From the NCBI RefSeq assembly GCF_009914755.1, contig NC_060926.1: a stretch of 64,000 nt of DNA; one strand, 5' to 3'. The notes beneath the pieces are model-generated. The model was given only the letters and a program-made list of their open reading frames with translations. It ran no database searches and was not told the DNA's origin. This DNA comes from the human T2T-CHM13v2.0 reference genome, Homo sapiens. Of this stretch, positions 24,621-38,700 are shown piece by piece. Made by a program: the position numbers and the translations under genes. The first letter of the stretch is position 1, and each line of letters starts with the position of its first letter.

Positions 24621-26859
24621 GCCCCTTTCTCCCCAAATTCTTGTATTATCATGAAATACTTGATTGACTTAAATAAATATCCACTAGTTTGTCATTCACA
24701 AGAGGCACTGAGTCATTCCTGGTTGGTTATTTTTGGTTTTGCTTACAGATAGGAATGATAGCTGTTACATTGTAAATTTAAACTTACATTGGACAAACAA
24801 CGTCACATTCCCTAACAATAGACATCATATATTTGAGGAATGTTCACTGATGTGAAAAATGTCTGTGGCAAAAAATAGTGCTGCTCCCCAAGTATTCTAT
24901 GTGCTTTTCCACATGGGTTTTCCCAACAGCCTCCCAGGGGCCATGTGACTATATACAAGAGCAGAAACAATATTTCACTTCCAGACTGAGGCAGTGAAAA
25001 GCTTATACATGACAGCAATTCTTCCTTCTCCTACAATGACAACTGCTGTGGCCACATGTTCAGACAACACAGCTAAGGGTGATGAAGCTTTCTCCAGCCT
25101 GTGTTCCTGGAGAGCCTTTCGGAGGAGGCAACCCCTTGCTGTTTTCTATGGTTCCTCTAGCATGCTAGAGAAGTAAAGATTCAATATCCTCAATCACTAG
25201 GATTTGGGGGTTTTGTTTCTGCAACATAATATAGCTATTCTTATTACTTTAAATGTTATTATAGTAACCTCAACACAGAGGATGAAACTTGTTCTATACA
25301 GAGAAAATAAATAAAATGAAGAAAAATAGGGTAGGATATGTACCAAAATGTCAATAGTGGTTATTTCTGGATGGTGAGCTGGATAGTGAGATTGCAAGCA
25401 ATTGCTAGTTTGTCATATGACAAATTTTCCAAAATTTCTATGGTGCACAAGTGTATATACAGACATAAATTATAATTAAAAATTAAAACATTTTTAAATT
25501 GGAATTGCCAATAAGATACTTTAATATTTAGTTAAAGTTTTCTTCTTATGTCTAAGACTCTGTAGGTATGAAGTTCTACCAACCATTAAGACAACATGCT
25601 ATTTCACATTGAAATAAAAGGAAACTGTGTGATGTTACTATTAATGTTAAACTATTTGTCTATTTTTGAGGCTTTCAGAAATACAAAATAAAGAAGACCT
25701 AGGTTTCTTTGAAGGGGAATTATAGGAGAGGAGAGGGGTATGATATAATTGTCTTACTCATGAAAGCAAAACTGCAAGCCATTGCTTTCTTTTTTTAATG
25801 CAAAACCCTAAAACACCAAATTAAATAATGTAGCAACTAATTAGAGGTGCAATCTTAGACAATTTTCCCAAAAATCTGAAGTATTCAGATTTCACTACAG
25901 ATGGATAAAGTCTGAAAGTCACCTTTTAAGGTATTTGAAATAGCTAAATTTGGTTCATCCTAGATATATTTAATGTTTCCTATTCAAATTCTCTGCAATT
26001 AAAGGACTTGATCATAGGGAGAGGGAGGCAGAGAACATGGGGTGATGGATCCTGACCATGGGCAGTATTTCATCTATCAAGCTGTCATTCTTAATTATAG
26101 ATTTTTTTTTGCCATTTCATGAAGACAGTCCCTGTTCTAACATTGAATTGGATAAATTTTATTTTATTTTTTAATAGAAACTCTGTCTTTTAAAATATTT
26201 ATGTATTTATTTATTTTTCAATAGTTTTTGGGGGAACAGGTGGTGTTTGGTTGCATGAAAAATTCTTTAGTGGTGATTTCTGAGATATCAGCACACCCAT
26301 CACTTGAGAAGTGTACACTGTACCCAATGTGTAGTGTTTTATTCCTTACCCCTTCCTGTCCTTCCCCCAAGTCCCCAAAGTTCATTATATCATTCTTATG
26401 CCTTTGTGTCCTCATAGCTTAGTGCTCACTTATAAGTGAGAATATAAGATGTTTGATTTTTCTATTCCTGAGATACCTCACTTAGAATAATGGTCTCCAG
26501 CTTCATCCAGGTTGCTGTGAATGCCATTATTTCATTTCTTTTTATGGCTGAGTAGTATTCCATGGTATATATACACCACATTTTCTTTATTGTTGGTTGA
26601 TGGGCATTTAGGCTGGTTCCCTATTTTTGCAATTGCGAATTGTGCTGCTATAAACATGCATGTGTAAGTGTCTTTTTCATATAATGACTTCTTTTCTTCT
26701 GGGTAGATACCCAGTAGTGGCATTGCTGGATCAAATGGTAGTTCTACTTTTAGTTCTTTAAGGAATCTCCACACTGTTTTCCCTAGTGGTTGAACTAGTT
26801 TGCATTCTTACCAACAATGTAAAAGTGTTCCCTTTTTATCACATCCACACCAACATCTG

Positions 26860-26894
<35 letters not shown>

Positions 26895-28623
26895 TGGCCA
26901 TTCTTGGAGGAATAGGGTAGTATCTCATTGTGGTTTTAATTTGCATTTCCCTGAGCCTTAGTGATGTTGAGCATTTTTTCATATGTTTGTTGGCCATTTG
27001 TGTATCTTCTTTTGAGAATTATCTATTCATGTCCTTAGCCCACTTTTTGATGGGATTATTTGTTTTTTTTTTTCTTGCTGATTTGTTTGAGTTCCTTATG
27101 GATTCTGGATATTAGTCCTTTGTTGGATGCATAGTTTGTGAATATTTTCTCCCACTCTGTGGGATGTCTGTTTACTCTGCTGATTATTTCTTTTGCTGTG
27201 TGGAAGCATTTTAGTTTAGTTAGGTCCCATCTATTTATCTTCGTTTTCGTTGCATTTGCTTTTGGGATTTTGGTTATAAACTCTTGGTCTAAGATAATAT
27301 CTGGAAGAGTTTTTCCAGTGTTATCTTCTAGAATTTTTATGGTTTCAGGTCTTAGATTTAAGTGTTTGATCTATCTTGAGTTGACTTTTGTTTAAAGTGA
27401 GATATGAGGATCCAGCTTCATTCTTCCACATGTGCCTTGCAAATTATCCCAGCACCATTTGTTTAATAGGGTATTCTTTCCCCACTTCATGTTTTTGTTT
27501 GCTTTGTCAAAGATCAGTTGGCTATAAGTATTTGGCTTTATTTCTGGGTTATCTATTATGTTCCTTGGTCTACGTGCCTACTTTTATACTAGTACCATGC
27601 TGTTTTGGTTACTGTAGCCTTGTAGTATAGTTTGAAGTCGGGTAATGTGATGCCTCCAGATTTGTTCTTTTTGCTTAGTCTTGCTTTGGCTATGTGAGGT
27701 CTTTTTTGGTTCCGTATAAATTTTGGAATTGAAGTTCTGTGAAGAGTGATGATGGTATTTTGATGGGAATTGCATTGAATTTGTAGATTGCTTTTGGCAG
27801 TATGGTCATTTTCACAATATTGATTCTATCCATCAATGAGCATGGGATGTGTTTCCATTTGTTTGTGTCATCTGTAATTTCTTTCAGCAGTGTTTTGTAG
27901 TTTTCCTTGTAGAGATATTTCACCTCCTTGTTTAGGTATATTCCTAAGTATTTTTTTACTATTTTTTGCAGCTGTTGTAAAAGAGGTTGAGTACTTGATT
28001 TTATTGTAGCTTGGTCATTGTTGGTGTATAGCAGTGCTACTGATTTGTGTACGTTGATTTTGTATCCTGACACTTTACTAAATTCATTTGTCAGATCTAG
28101 GAGCTTTATGGCTGAGTCTTTAGGGTTTTCTAGGTATACAATTATGTCATTGGTGAAAAGTGACAGTTTGACTTCTTCTTTACCAATTTAGATACCATTT
28201 ATTTCCTTCTCTTGTTGATTGCTCTGGCTAGAACTTCCAGTACAATGTTGAATGGCAGTGGTGAAAATGGGGATATTTGCTTGTTCCAGTTCTCAGGGAG
28301 AATGCTTTCAACTTTTCGTTTAGTATAATGTTGGCTGTGGGTTTGTCATAGATGGCTTTTAGTACCTTGAGTATGTCCCTTCTATGCCAATTTTGCTGAG
28401 GGTTTTAATCAAAAATGGATGCTGGATTTTGTCAAATGCTTTTTTGCATCTATTGAGATGATCGTGTAATTTTTGTTTTTAATTCTGTTTATGTGATATA
28501 TTTCATTCATTGACTTGAGTATGTTAAACCATCCCTGAATCCCTGGTATGAAACCTACTTGATCATGGTGGATTATCATCTTTTTAATATACTGTCAGAT
28601 TCGGTTAGCTAGTATTTTGTTGA

Positions 28624-28978
<355 letters not shown>

Positions 28979-30089
28979 AGTTTTCTTTCTTTCTTTCTTT
29001 TTTTTTTTAAATGCCCTTTCCTGTTTTTGGTATTAGGGTGATACTGACTTCATAGAATGATTTAGGGAGGAGTCCCTCTTTCTTTCTCTTTTGGAATAGT
29101 TTCAGTAACATTGTACTAATTCTTCTTTGAATGCTTGTCAGAATTCAGCTGTGAATCCATCTGATCCTGGACTTTTTTTGGTTGGCATTTTAAAAAATTA
29201 CTGTTTCAATCTTGCTACTTGTTATTGGTCTGTTTAGAGTTTTTATTTCTTTCTGATTTAATCTAGTTGGGTTATATATTTCCAGGAATTCATCCATCTC
29301 CTCCAGATTTTTTAGTTTGTGTGTGGAAAGGTGTTCATAGTAGCCTTGAATGATCTTTTGTATTTCAGTGGTATTGGTTGTAATATCTCCAGTTTCATTT
29401 CTAATTGAGCTTATTTGGATCTTCTCTCTTCTTTTCTTGTTTAATATCACTAATTGTCTATCAATTTTATCTTTTCAAATAACTAGCTTTTGTTACATTT
29501 ATCATTCATATTTTTTGTTTGTTTGTTTCAATTTCATTTAGTTCTCCTCTGATCTTTGTTATTTCTCTTCTGCTGGGTTTGGTTTTGTTTGTTCTTGTTT
29601 CTCTAGTTCCTTGAGTTGTGACCTTAGATTGTTTGTGCTCTTTCAGACTTTTGATGTAGGCATTTAATGCTATGAACTTTTTTCTTAGCACTGGTTTTGT
29701 TGTATCCCAGAGGTTTTGATAAGTTGTGTCACTATTATTGTTCAATTCAAGAAATTTTTAAATTTCCATCTTGATTTCATTGTTGATCCAGTGATCACTC
29801 AGGATCAGATTACTTAATTTCCATGTATTTGTAAAGTTTTGAGGGTTCCTTTTGGAGTTAATTTCCAGTTTTATTCCACTGTATTCTGAGAGGGTACTTG
29901 ATATAATTTTGATTTTCTTAAATTTATTGAGACTTTTTTTGTGGCCTATCATATGGTCTGTCTTGGAGAGTGTTCCATGTGCTGATAAAAATAATGTATA
30001 TTCTACAGTTGTTGGGTAGAATGTCCTGTAAATATCTGTTATGTCCATTTGCTCTAGGGTATAGTTTAAGTCCATTGTTTCTTTGTTGA

Positions 30090-30400
<311 letters not shown>

Positions 30401-30625
30401 AGGACTTTCTGTCTTGAGGACCTGTCTAGTATTGTCAGTAGAGTATTGAAATTCCCCACTATTATTGTGTTGCCATCTATCTAATTCCTTAGGTTTAATA
30501 AGAATTGTTTTATAAATGTGGGAGGTCCAGTATTAGGTGCATATATATTTAGGTTTGTGATATTTTCCTATTGGACTGATCCTTTTATCATTATATAATG
30601 TCCCTCTTTGTCTTTTTTAACAGTT

Positions 30626-30987
30626 TGATATGGTTTGGCTCTGTGTCCTCACCTAAATCTCATCTTGAATTGTAGCTCCCATAGTTCCCACATGTTGTGG
30701 GAGGGACCTGGTGGGAGATAATTGAATCGTGGGGGCGGTTTCCCCCATACTGTTCTCATGGTAGTGAATAAGTTTCACAAGATCTGATGTTTTTATAAGA
30801 GGTTTCTCCTTTCACTTGGCTCTCCTTCTCTCTTGCCATTGCCATGAAAGAAGTGCCTTTCACCTTCTGCCATGATTGTGAGGCCTCCCCAGTCATGTGG
30901 AACTGTGAGTCCATTAAATCTCTTTTTCTTTATAGATTACCCAGCTTGGGTGTGTCTTTATTAGCAGTGTGAAAATGGATTAATGTA
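30626..30987 (+). mobile_element. THE1B/C solo LTR inserted in the L1PB
   Basis: 'tgatatggtttggctctgtgtcc' ... 'gcagtgtgaaaatggattaatgta'; TSD cagtt/ctgtt. Confidence 0.93.
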
Positions 30988-31115
30988 CTGTTGTTGCTTT
31001 AAAATCTGTTTTGTCTGATAGAATAGCTATTCCTGTTCACATTTGGTTTCCATTTGCATGGAATATCTTTTCTACCCCTTTACCTTAAGTTTATGTGAGT
31101 CCTTATGCATTAGGT

Positions 31116-31624
31116 TGAAGGGGGATATAAGGAACCAGAGAGACTAGACAGAGTGCAGGAGGGTGTTTATTTTAAGGTGTACACTGGCCCAGCAGACATG
31201 TGTCCTAAAGGTTGAGCCCAGAACAAAGAAAATGAGTCCCTTTTAACCATTTTGAGGTGGGAACTATATGAAGCAGGCTTACAGAAGCGAGAACAAAAGG
31301 CTGCTGTGACACTTTGGCAACATGTCTTACATCTCTGTGAGAACTTGGTTTGCAGCTTATGCTTATCTGTCTTGTGACCTTGCAGCTATGCAGGGAAGAA
31401 AGAAACAGGAGTTTACAGAGCCTACAAAATATGTGGAGGATAGATATGGTTAATGTTTCTTGGGACAGGCAGTTAATATTCTCTTCTAAGTTTAACTTAG
31501 AGGGGGCTACTTAAATTCTTTTCAGCCTTGGTTAATACAGTAATGTATTCTATGAGCTATTGTTATTTCTCTTACTATTATTACTTATGCTATTATTCTG
31601 TGATTTTCTTAATTTCCCACTGCA
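31116..31624 (-). mobile_element. ERV solo LTR inserted in the L1PB (family uncertain)
   Basis: ~510 bp of non-L1 sequence with TG/CA ends, TTTATT (minus-strand polyA signal) at ~31166, and near-TSD aggt/aagt; the L1 sequence resumes in register. Confidence 0.7.
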
Positions 31625-32366
31625 AAGTAAGTCTCTTTAAGACATAAGATACCTGTTTGGTGGATTTTTATACATTCTGCTATTCTGTATCTTTTAAGTG
31701 GAGCATTTAGGCATTTACATTCAATGGTAGTATGGAGATGTGAGGTATTGTTTTATTCATCGTGCTAGTTGCTGCCTGAATACCTTGGTTTTTTTCCAGT
31801 GTGTTGTTTTTTTTATAGGCCCTATGGGGTTTATGCTTTAAGGAGGTTCTATTTTGGTGTATTTTGAGGTTTTGTTTCAAGATTTAGAACTCCTTTTAGC
31901 AGTTCTTAAAGTGCTGGTTTGGTAGTGGCAAATTCTCTCAGCATGTTTGTGTGAAAGTATTTTTCATTCATTTCTGAAGCTTAGTTTTGCTGGATACAAA
32001 TTCTTGACTGGCAATTATTTTGTTTGAGGAGGCTAAAGATAGGACCCCAATCCCTTCTAGCTTGTAGGATTTCTGCTGAGAAATCTGCTGTTAATCTGCT
32101 AGGTTTTCCTTTATAGGTTACCTGATGCTTTTGCCTCACAGCTCTTAAGATTCTTTCCTTCATCTTACCTTTAGACAACCTGATGATTACATGCCTGTGT
32201 GATGATCTTTTTTTGTGATAAATGTCCCAGGTGTTCTTTGAGCTTTTTGTATTTGGATGTCTAGATCTCTAGCAAGGCTAAAGAAGCTTTCCTCGAGTAT
32301 TTCCTCAAATAAGTTTTCTAAACTTTTAGATTTCTCTTCTTTCTCAGGAATAGCAATTATTCTTAG

Positions 32367-32707
<341 letters not shown>

Positions 32708-35322
32708 CTGCTTTGTTCATTTTTCTGATTCTTTTTTCTTTGTCTTGGTCTGATTGGGTTAATTCAAAAGCCTTGTCTTCAGGTTCTGAAGTTCTTTCTT
32801 CTACTTGTTCTAGTCAATTGTTGACATTTTGCAGTGCATTTTTAATTTTTCTAAGTGTGTCTTTTATTTCCAGAAGTTATGGTTGTTTTTTCTGTATAAT
32901 ATCTATTTCTCTGGAGCATTTTTCATCCATATCTTGTATTTAAAATTTTTTTTTCAAAGTTGGTTTTCACCTTTCTATGGTTTCTCCTTTTCACCTTTGT
33001 GTGGTTTCTCCTTGAGCAGCTCAATAATCAACCTTCTGAATTATTTATCTGGCAATTCAGAGATTTCTTCTTGGTTTGGATCCATTGAGAGCCATTCTTC
33101 TTGGTTTGGATCCATTGCTGGGGAGCTAGTGTGATCTTTTAGTGGAGTCATAGAAACTTGTTTTGTTTTATTACCAGAATTACATTTCTGATTCCTTCTC
33201 GTTTGGGTAGACCATTTCATTAGGAAATCTGCTGTTCAGATTTTATTATCCCATGGGGTGATCCCTTGATGTGATGTGCTCCCCCTTCCCCTAGGGAGGG
33301 GGCTTTGTGAGAGCTGGAGTGCAGTGATTATTATTGCTATTCTGGGTCTAGACACCCAGCAGGGGTACCATGCTCTAGGTTGGTGCTGGGCAATGTCTGC
33401 AAAGACATCACCCATGTCTGCATCACATCCTGTGATGTGATCCGTCTTCAGGTCTCCCAGGTATGGATATTAGCACCTGCTCTGGTAGAGGTGGCAGGGG
33501 AGTGAAGTAGACTGAGATTCCTGTCCTTGGTTGTAGATATTTTTAGTGTGCTGGCTTTCTTGAATGCTGGTTATGCTAGCAGTGAAGTTGTCATGTAGAT
33601 AGATTCAGGACCTCTGGTTAGCCAGGATGTTGCAGGCAGTGGAATTAGCTGTTGTTTTCTCCTTCCTTGGAGCAGGATTATTGTGTTATGAGTTGCTGTA
33701 ATGTCCTGAGTTTGTAATGTCCTGAGGTGACATTTTTAAGAGAGTGCAAGGTATGACAGTAGAAGGGGATATAAGCTTGCCCTAAGTTGGCCAGGGTAAG
33801 TATTCAGGTTTCTCAGCCGATAGGTGGGGCCATAAAGCTCCCAACAGTTTATGTCTTTTGTGATTGGCTACCAGGGCAGGTAGAGAAATACCAGGTATCA
33901 GGGAGGGGCAGATTAGGCAGGTCTGAGCTCAGACTCTCCCTGGGCAGGGCTTGCCGCAGCTACTGTGGAGGATGGGCGGTGGGATGGTTTTTGGGCCAAT
34001 GGGGTTATGTTCCAGAGGGGATTATGGCTGTCTCTGTCACCAGGGAACTGGGGGAAACCTGCTAGCAATAGGCCTCACCCAGCTCCCATGCAGCTGGTGA
34101 GGCTAGTCTTGCTCCTGCCGTGTCCCACTAACAGTGCCTAGTTTATCTCCAAGCAGCCTTGCTGGTGTTTTAAGACATTCTCTCCTTCAATGCCAGTTAG
34201 CATTTCAATTCTAGAAAGAGGATTTCTACTTTTTCTGGAACTAAACTCTGATTAATGAAACAAACCATAAAGTGTCACAAGTCACAGCACATTCTTTGAT
34301 TCCATTGGCACAGTTAATGTTCCAAGTTATCAAGGCATCAAATGTTGAGTTGGCATGACCTTGTAACCCTCTTAGCCTAACTGAACTTGGTTTAAGGAAA
34401 TCCCTAATTGGCACCTCTTATGGAGTAAAGAAATCAGGCACTCTTACTGCATTCTTCCATTGCTGTGACCCTTCATGCAATGCTAATTAGCCCAGAAAAT
34501 AATTTCTGACTTTATTGTCTGATGACTATCATAGCACCTGGGATTTTTTTTCCCTTTGCAGGGTTCTAAGTGTGTTTTCTTTGATATATGGTCTAATGCT
34601 AGCCCTAATTTAGGATTACCCTAATGAAAGACACAGTTTACTTAGGCTTCTTTTCTCTCCAACCTAGAATTCTGACTTCACTTATGTGATACTGTCATGA
34701 AAAAACCAAGTCACTTTCCTTATTGTTCAATTTTTACTAAAGACTACCCAATATTGAACAGAGGGCCTATTATTGTAGAAATAAATGAAAATGGAAGTGT
34801 TCAGCTGAACTTAAATGAATTTTTAAATTTACATCCTAGATAAGTATTTTAGTTAATGATACCCACTGGCAGCTGGAAAGACAATTGATGGGAATTCTGA
34901 TACAAGAGATTGCTCTCCTCAGTTCAATATTTCAGTAGCTGAAATGGAGTGGAGAACATAGTCCAAGCTATTTTTTTTCACTAATTGGTCACTGAATTAA
35001 TGTTGTTGTTAAACAGGAGCACTATAAAGACATCATTCTAATTATATTAAAGCTAAAATGAATTTTATAAAACTTGATTCTAGCAGAGGTAGACAAACAA
35101 GGCATTTAAAGAGCTAGCCAAATATTCTTATCTACAGATCAAACATGTCAAATGCTTTTTGATTCTTCTGTGAGGAAATGCATTTTCGTGAAACAACTGC
35201 TTTTTCCAAAGACTCCATTCCTTCTTTTTTTTTTTGTTTGCATTGATTGCATTTGCATTTATTTTACCTACAAACAGCTCCTGGGCCCAGGAGGTCGGCC
35301 CACATCAAGGTTCTATAACCTG

Positions 35323-35354
35323 GTGTGTGTGTGTGTGTGTGTGTGTGCATGTGT
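35323..35354. repeat. (TG)n microsatellite
   Basis: Read directly from the sequence. Confidence 0.95.
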
Positions 35355-36138
35355 GCTGGCAATAACATACCTCAGCACTACCAAGGGGCCTGTGGGAACT
35401 AGGTCTATTGTGCTTGTGATATACTAATACCATAATACGTAGAATCACTACTGTTAGACTGTAGGCAAAGTGCACTATGAGCTGGGATAACAGGGCCTGA
35501 CTCCAGTGCTCAGTTGAGCTTAAATAGAGGGACCCTCTAGACCTTGGGGGAAACAGGCATCCAGCTTTCCAGTATACAGCAGAGATAGACAGTTCCAGGA
35601 ACAGCAGGCCCCCACATGGCTTTAGGAATGTTAAAGGACTGTGCCCTTGATATGGCCATCTGGGCTATAGCCATCAGCAAGTGCCAGGAGCAGTGGCCGC
35701 AGTGAGATGGCTCACACAGCACCCTAGACAGCAGGATCCTCTGCTGCACACATAGTCAAGGGGATCCCCATTAGGGGAGGGATAAAGGGACAAATGTCAC
35801 ATCTGTGAACACATGTGAAAAATGCCCTGGAGATACCAAAACATGCCTTAGAAAGAGCTAGAGGGCTTGAAATAATGAGCAGGAACAAAAAGCAGAAATA
35901 CTGTTTATCATGGCTAATATGATTACATTTTCCCCCAGGCTGAAGGGGCTCATTGATATATGGGTTATATACTCAAATACAAGTTTTAAAATGGTAAACA
36001 AACTTTGGTTAGTTCCTGATTAGACAAATAATGAAAGTTATCCAATACAATATGGTTTTGCCCAGGCAATATGCTTGTGCTAACCCAGTTTTCTCTCTTG
36101 GAATAAAATGTTACATAGACTTAGGAAGCTGCATACCA

Positions 36139-36310
36139 GTGACTAAAAGCACATGGGCTGAGATTAAACTACCTACGTCTGAATTCTGGATCCCCAAGTA
36201 ATTAGCTATGTGACTTCAGTACTTCAGTTTTTTTTTCCATTATGAAATCATGGAAATTAAATGAAAGAATGCATTTAGACATTCAGTTAGTACCTGGCAG
36301 ATGGTCAATT
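36139..36310 (+). mobile_element. MIR SINE
   Basis: 'aaaagcacatgggct', 'ttagctatgtgactt', 'cttcagttt', 'agtacctggca'. Confidence 0.6.
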
Positions 36311-36765
36311 TTTAAAAAGTAATTAGATTTTTTTCATATGCTTTAATAAAATTCAGTGAACCAAGGCTGATTTAGAATGTTAATTGATATTTGGATTTGG
36401 GTTTGTTTTGCCTGGGATTTGTCATATTTCCAAAGTATACATTATGAAAGATGGATCCTAAATCTTGAATTATTTTTTGTGGTTATGACAATAAAATATA
36501 GTTCTTTAACTTATCATGTATTTTCAACTAATATTTAAGGTGCTTCACAATGTCAGAACTTTACACCTTTATGATTTCATTTCCTCCCTTCCTGATCTTT
36601 GTGTTCTTGTCATATATTTACTTATGTTTAATAAAATGTAATAAATAATTTACTTACATGTAATAAACCCCACAATATAGTGTTATTACATTTATTTTAA
36701 ATTAGATAATAGCCTTTTAAATATATATGTATGTTTAGTTGAAATATATATTGAATATGTATTAA

Positions 36766-36770
<5 letters not shown>

Positions 36771-36799
<29 letters not shown>
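36771..36799. repeat. (TA)n microsatellite within old L1M debris (~36500-37470)
   Basis: Read directly from the sequence. Confidence 0.9.
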
Positions 36800-36801
<2 letters not shown>

Positions 36802-37477
36802 TGCTTTGGTTTTGCCTATCTTCTAGTCTGTTGGTTGATGTCTTTTGTATCTTGGCAAATTCTTGGCTATTGTGTTTAAAAATATTAATTTTTTCCCATT
36901 CTTTGTCTCTTCTCCTTCTGTGCCTCCAATTGTTCATCTGTTACACCATTTGATACTGTCCTCCAAATCTTGACACTTTCATTTTTTTCATTTATTTAAA
37001 AGAAATTTTGTGTGTAATTTCTGTTGACCCCTCTTTAATTTCACTTTTTTTCTGCCGTATTTAGTCTTTTGATATGCCTTCAGATGAGTTCACTTTTCAA
37101 TTTGAAAATTGTACTTTTCATTTCTAACATTTTCATTTGCTTTTTTAATAGTTTTATTTCTCTTCTGAAATTATTTGTCTATGCTTTGCATTATATACAA
37201 TATACAGAACATTTCTGTCTCTTTAGAAACCCTCCTTCCGCTCCTTTGTAGTTGATCCTGTCCACCAGCACTGGGCCTCAGGCAACTGTTGATCTGCTTT
37301 CTGTCACCTACTGTTTGTGTCTGCTATGATTTCATATAAATTTAGATTCATGCATTATGTAATATTTTATTTTTTTTGACTTAGCTTTTATTTGAGGTTT
37401 ATTCATAGTGTTGATTATATTAATATTTTATTTGTCTTGTGGTTAGATATTCCACAATATGGATATATCATGATTCT

Positions 37478-38049
37478 TTTTATCATCAACTTTTAAGTTC
37501 TGGGGCACATGTGCAGGATGTACAGACTTGTTACATAGGTAAACGTGTGCTGTGGTGGTTTGCTGCACAGATCAACCCATCACCTAGGTATTAAGCCCAG
37601 CATCTGTTAGCTAGTCTTTCTGATACTCTCCCTCCCCCGACCCTCCTTACAGGCCCCAGCATGTGTTTTTCACTGCCATGTATCCATGTGTTCTCATCAT
37701 GCAGCTCCCACATATAAGTGAGAACATGTGGGTTTTGTTTTTCTGTTCCTGCGTTTGTTTGCTGAGGATTATAGCTTCCAGCTTCATCCATGTTCCTGCA
37801 AAGGACATGATCTCATTTCTTTTTATGGCTGCATAGTATTCCATGGTGTATAGGTACCAAATTTTCTATATCCAGTCTATCATTGATGGGCATTTGGGTT
37901 GATTCCATGTCTTTGCTATTGTGAATAGTGCTGCAATGAACATATGTGTGCACATATCTTTATAATAGAGTGATTTATATTCCTTTGGGTATATACCCAG
38001 TAATGGGATTGCTGGGTCAAATGGTATTTCTACCTCTAGATCTTTGAAG
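37478..38049 (-). mobile_element. L1PA8-11-type 3' end
   Basis: 'acatgtgcaggatgt..ttgttacataggtaaacgtgtgc', 'gctgcacagatcaacccatcacctaggtattaagcccagc'; ORF2 terminus 'MEYYAAIKRNEIMSFAGTWMKLEAIILSK'. Confidence 0.9.
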
Positions 38050-38409
38050 ATAAGATAAGCCTTGATGTGAGGCAGAGTAAGTCCTTGAAACTCATTCTTT
38101 TTTTTTTTTCAGAATTGTTTTGGCTACTCTAGCATTTTTGCTTTTTCATAGACATTTTAGCAATATTTTATCAATTCATTTAAAAATTAAAAAATTAAAG
38201 TTTTAAAAAATAAAAATAAAAAAAAATCCTGCTAGGATTATGATTGCATTGTATCTATGAAAAAATTATGGGAGAGAAAAGCCATCTTAATAGTGAGTCT
38301 TTAGTCAATGAACATGGTGTATCTCTCCATTTATTTAAGTCTTAATTACCCTTTGCAATATTTTGTAGTTCTTAATGTACAGGCCTTTTGTATCTTTATT
38401 TAAATATAA

Positions 38410-38700
38410 TCTTTTCTAATTTTTAATTTTTGTAGGTACATAGTATGTGTATATTTTTATGTGGTACATGAGATACTTTGATATTGGCATGCAATGTGTA
38501 ATAATCACATCATGGTAAATGGGATATCCATCCCCTCAAGTATTTATCTTTTGTGTTACAAACAATCCAGTTGTATTCTTTTAATTATTGTAAAATGTAC
38601 AATTAAATTATTGTTGACTGTAGTCACTCTGTTGTGCTGTCAAATACGAGGTCTTATTCATTCTTTCTATTCTTTTTGTACCCATTAACCATCCCCACTT
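38410..38700 (-). mobile_element. L1MA2-type 3' end
   Basis: Reverse-complement homologue of 19014-19290; ORFs 38494-38688 and 19014-19199 translate near-identically. Confidence 0.88.

Noticed and set aside
35270-35900. GC-richer stretch possibly from an ancient LTR (MamGyp-like) or an exon
   Set aside because: I could not assign termini, family or splice structure with any confidence.
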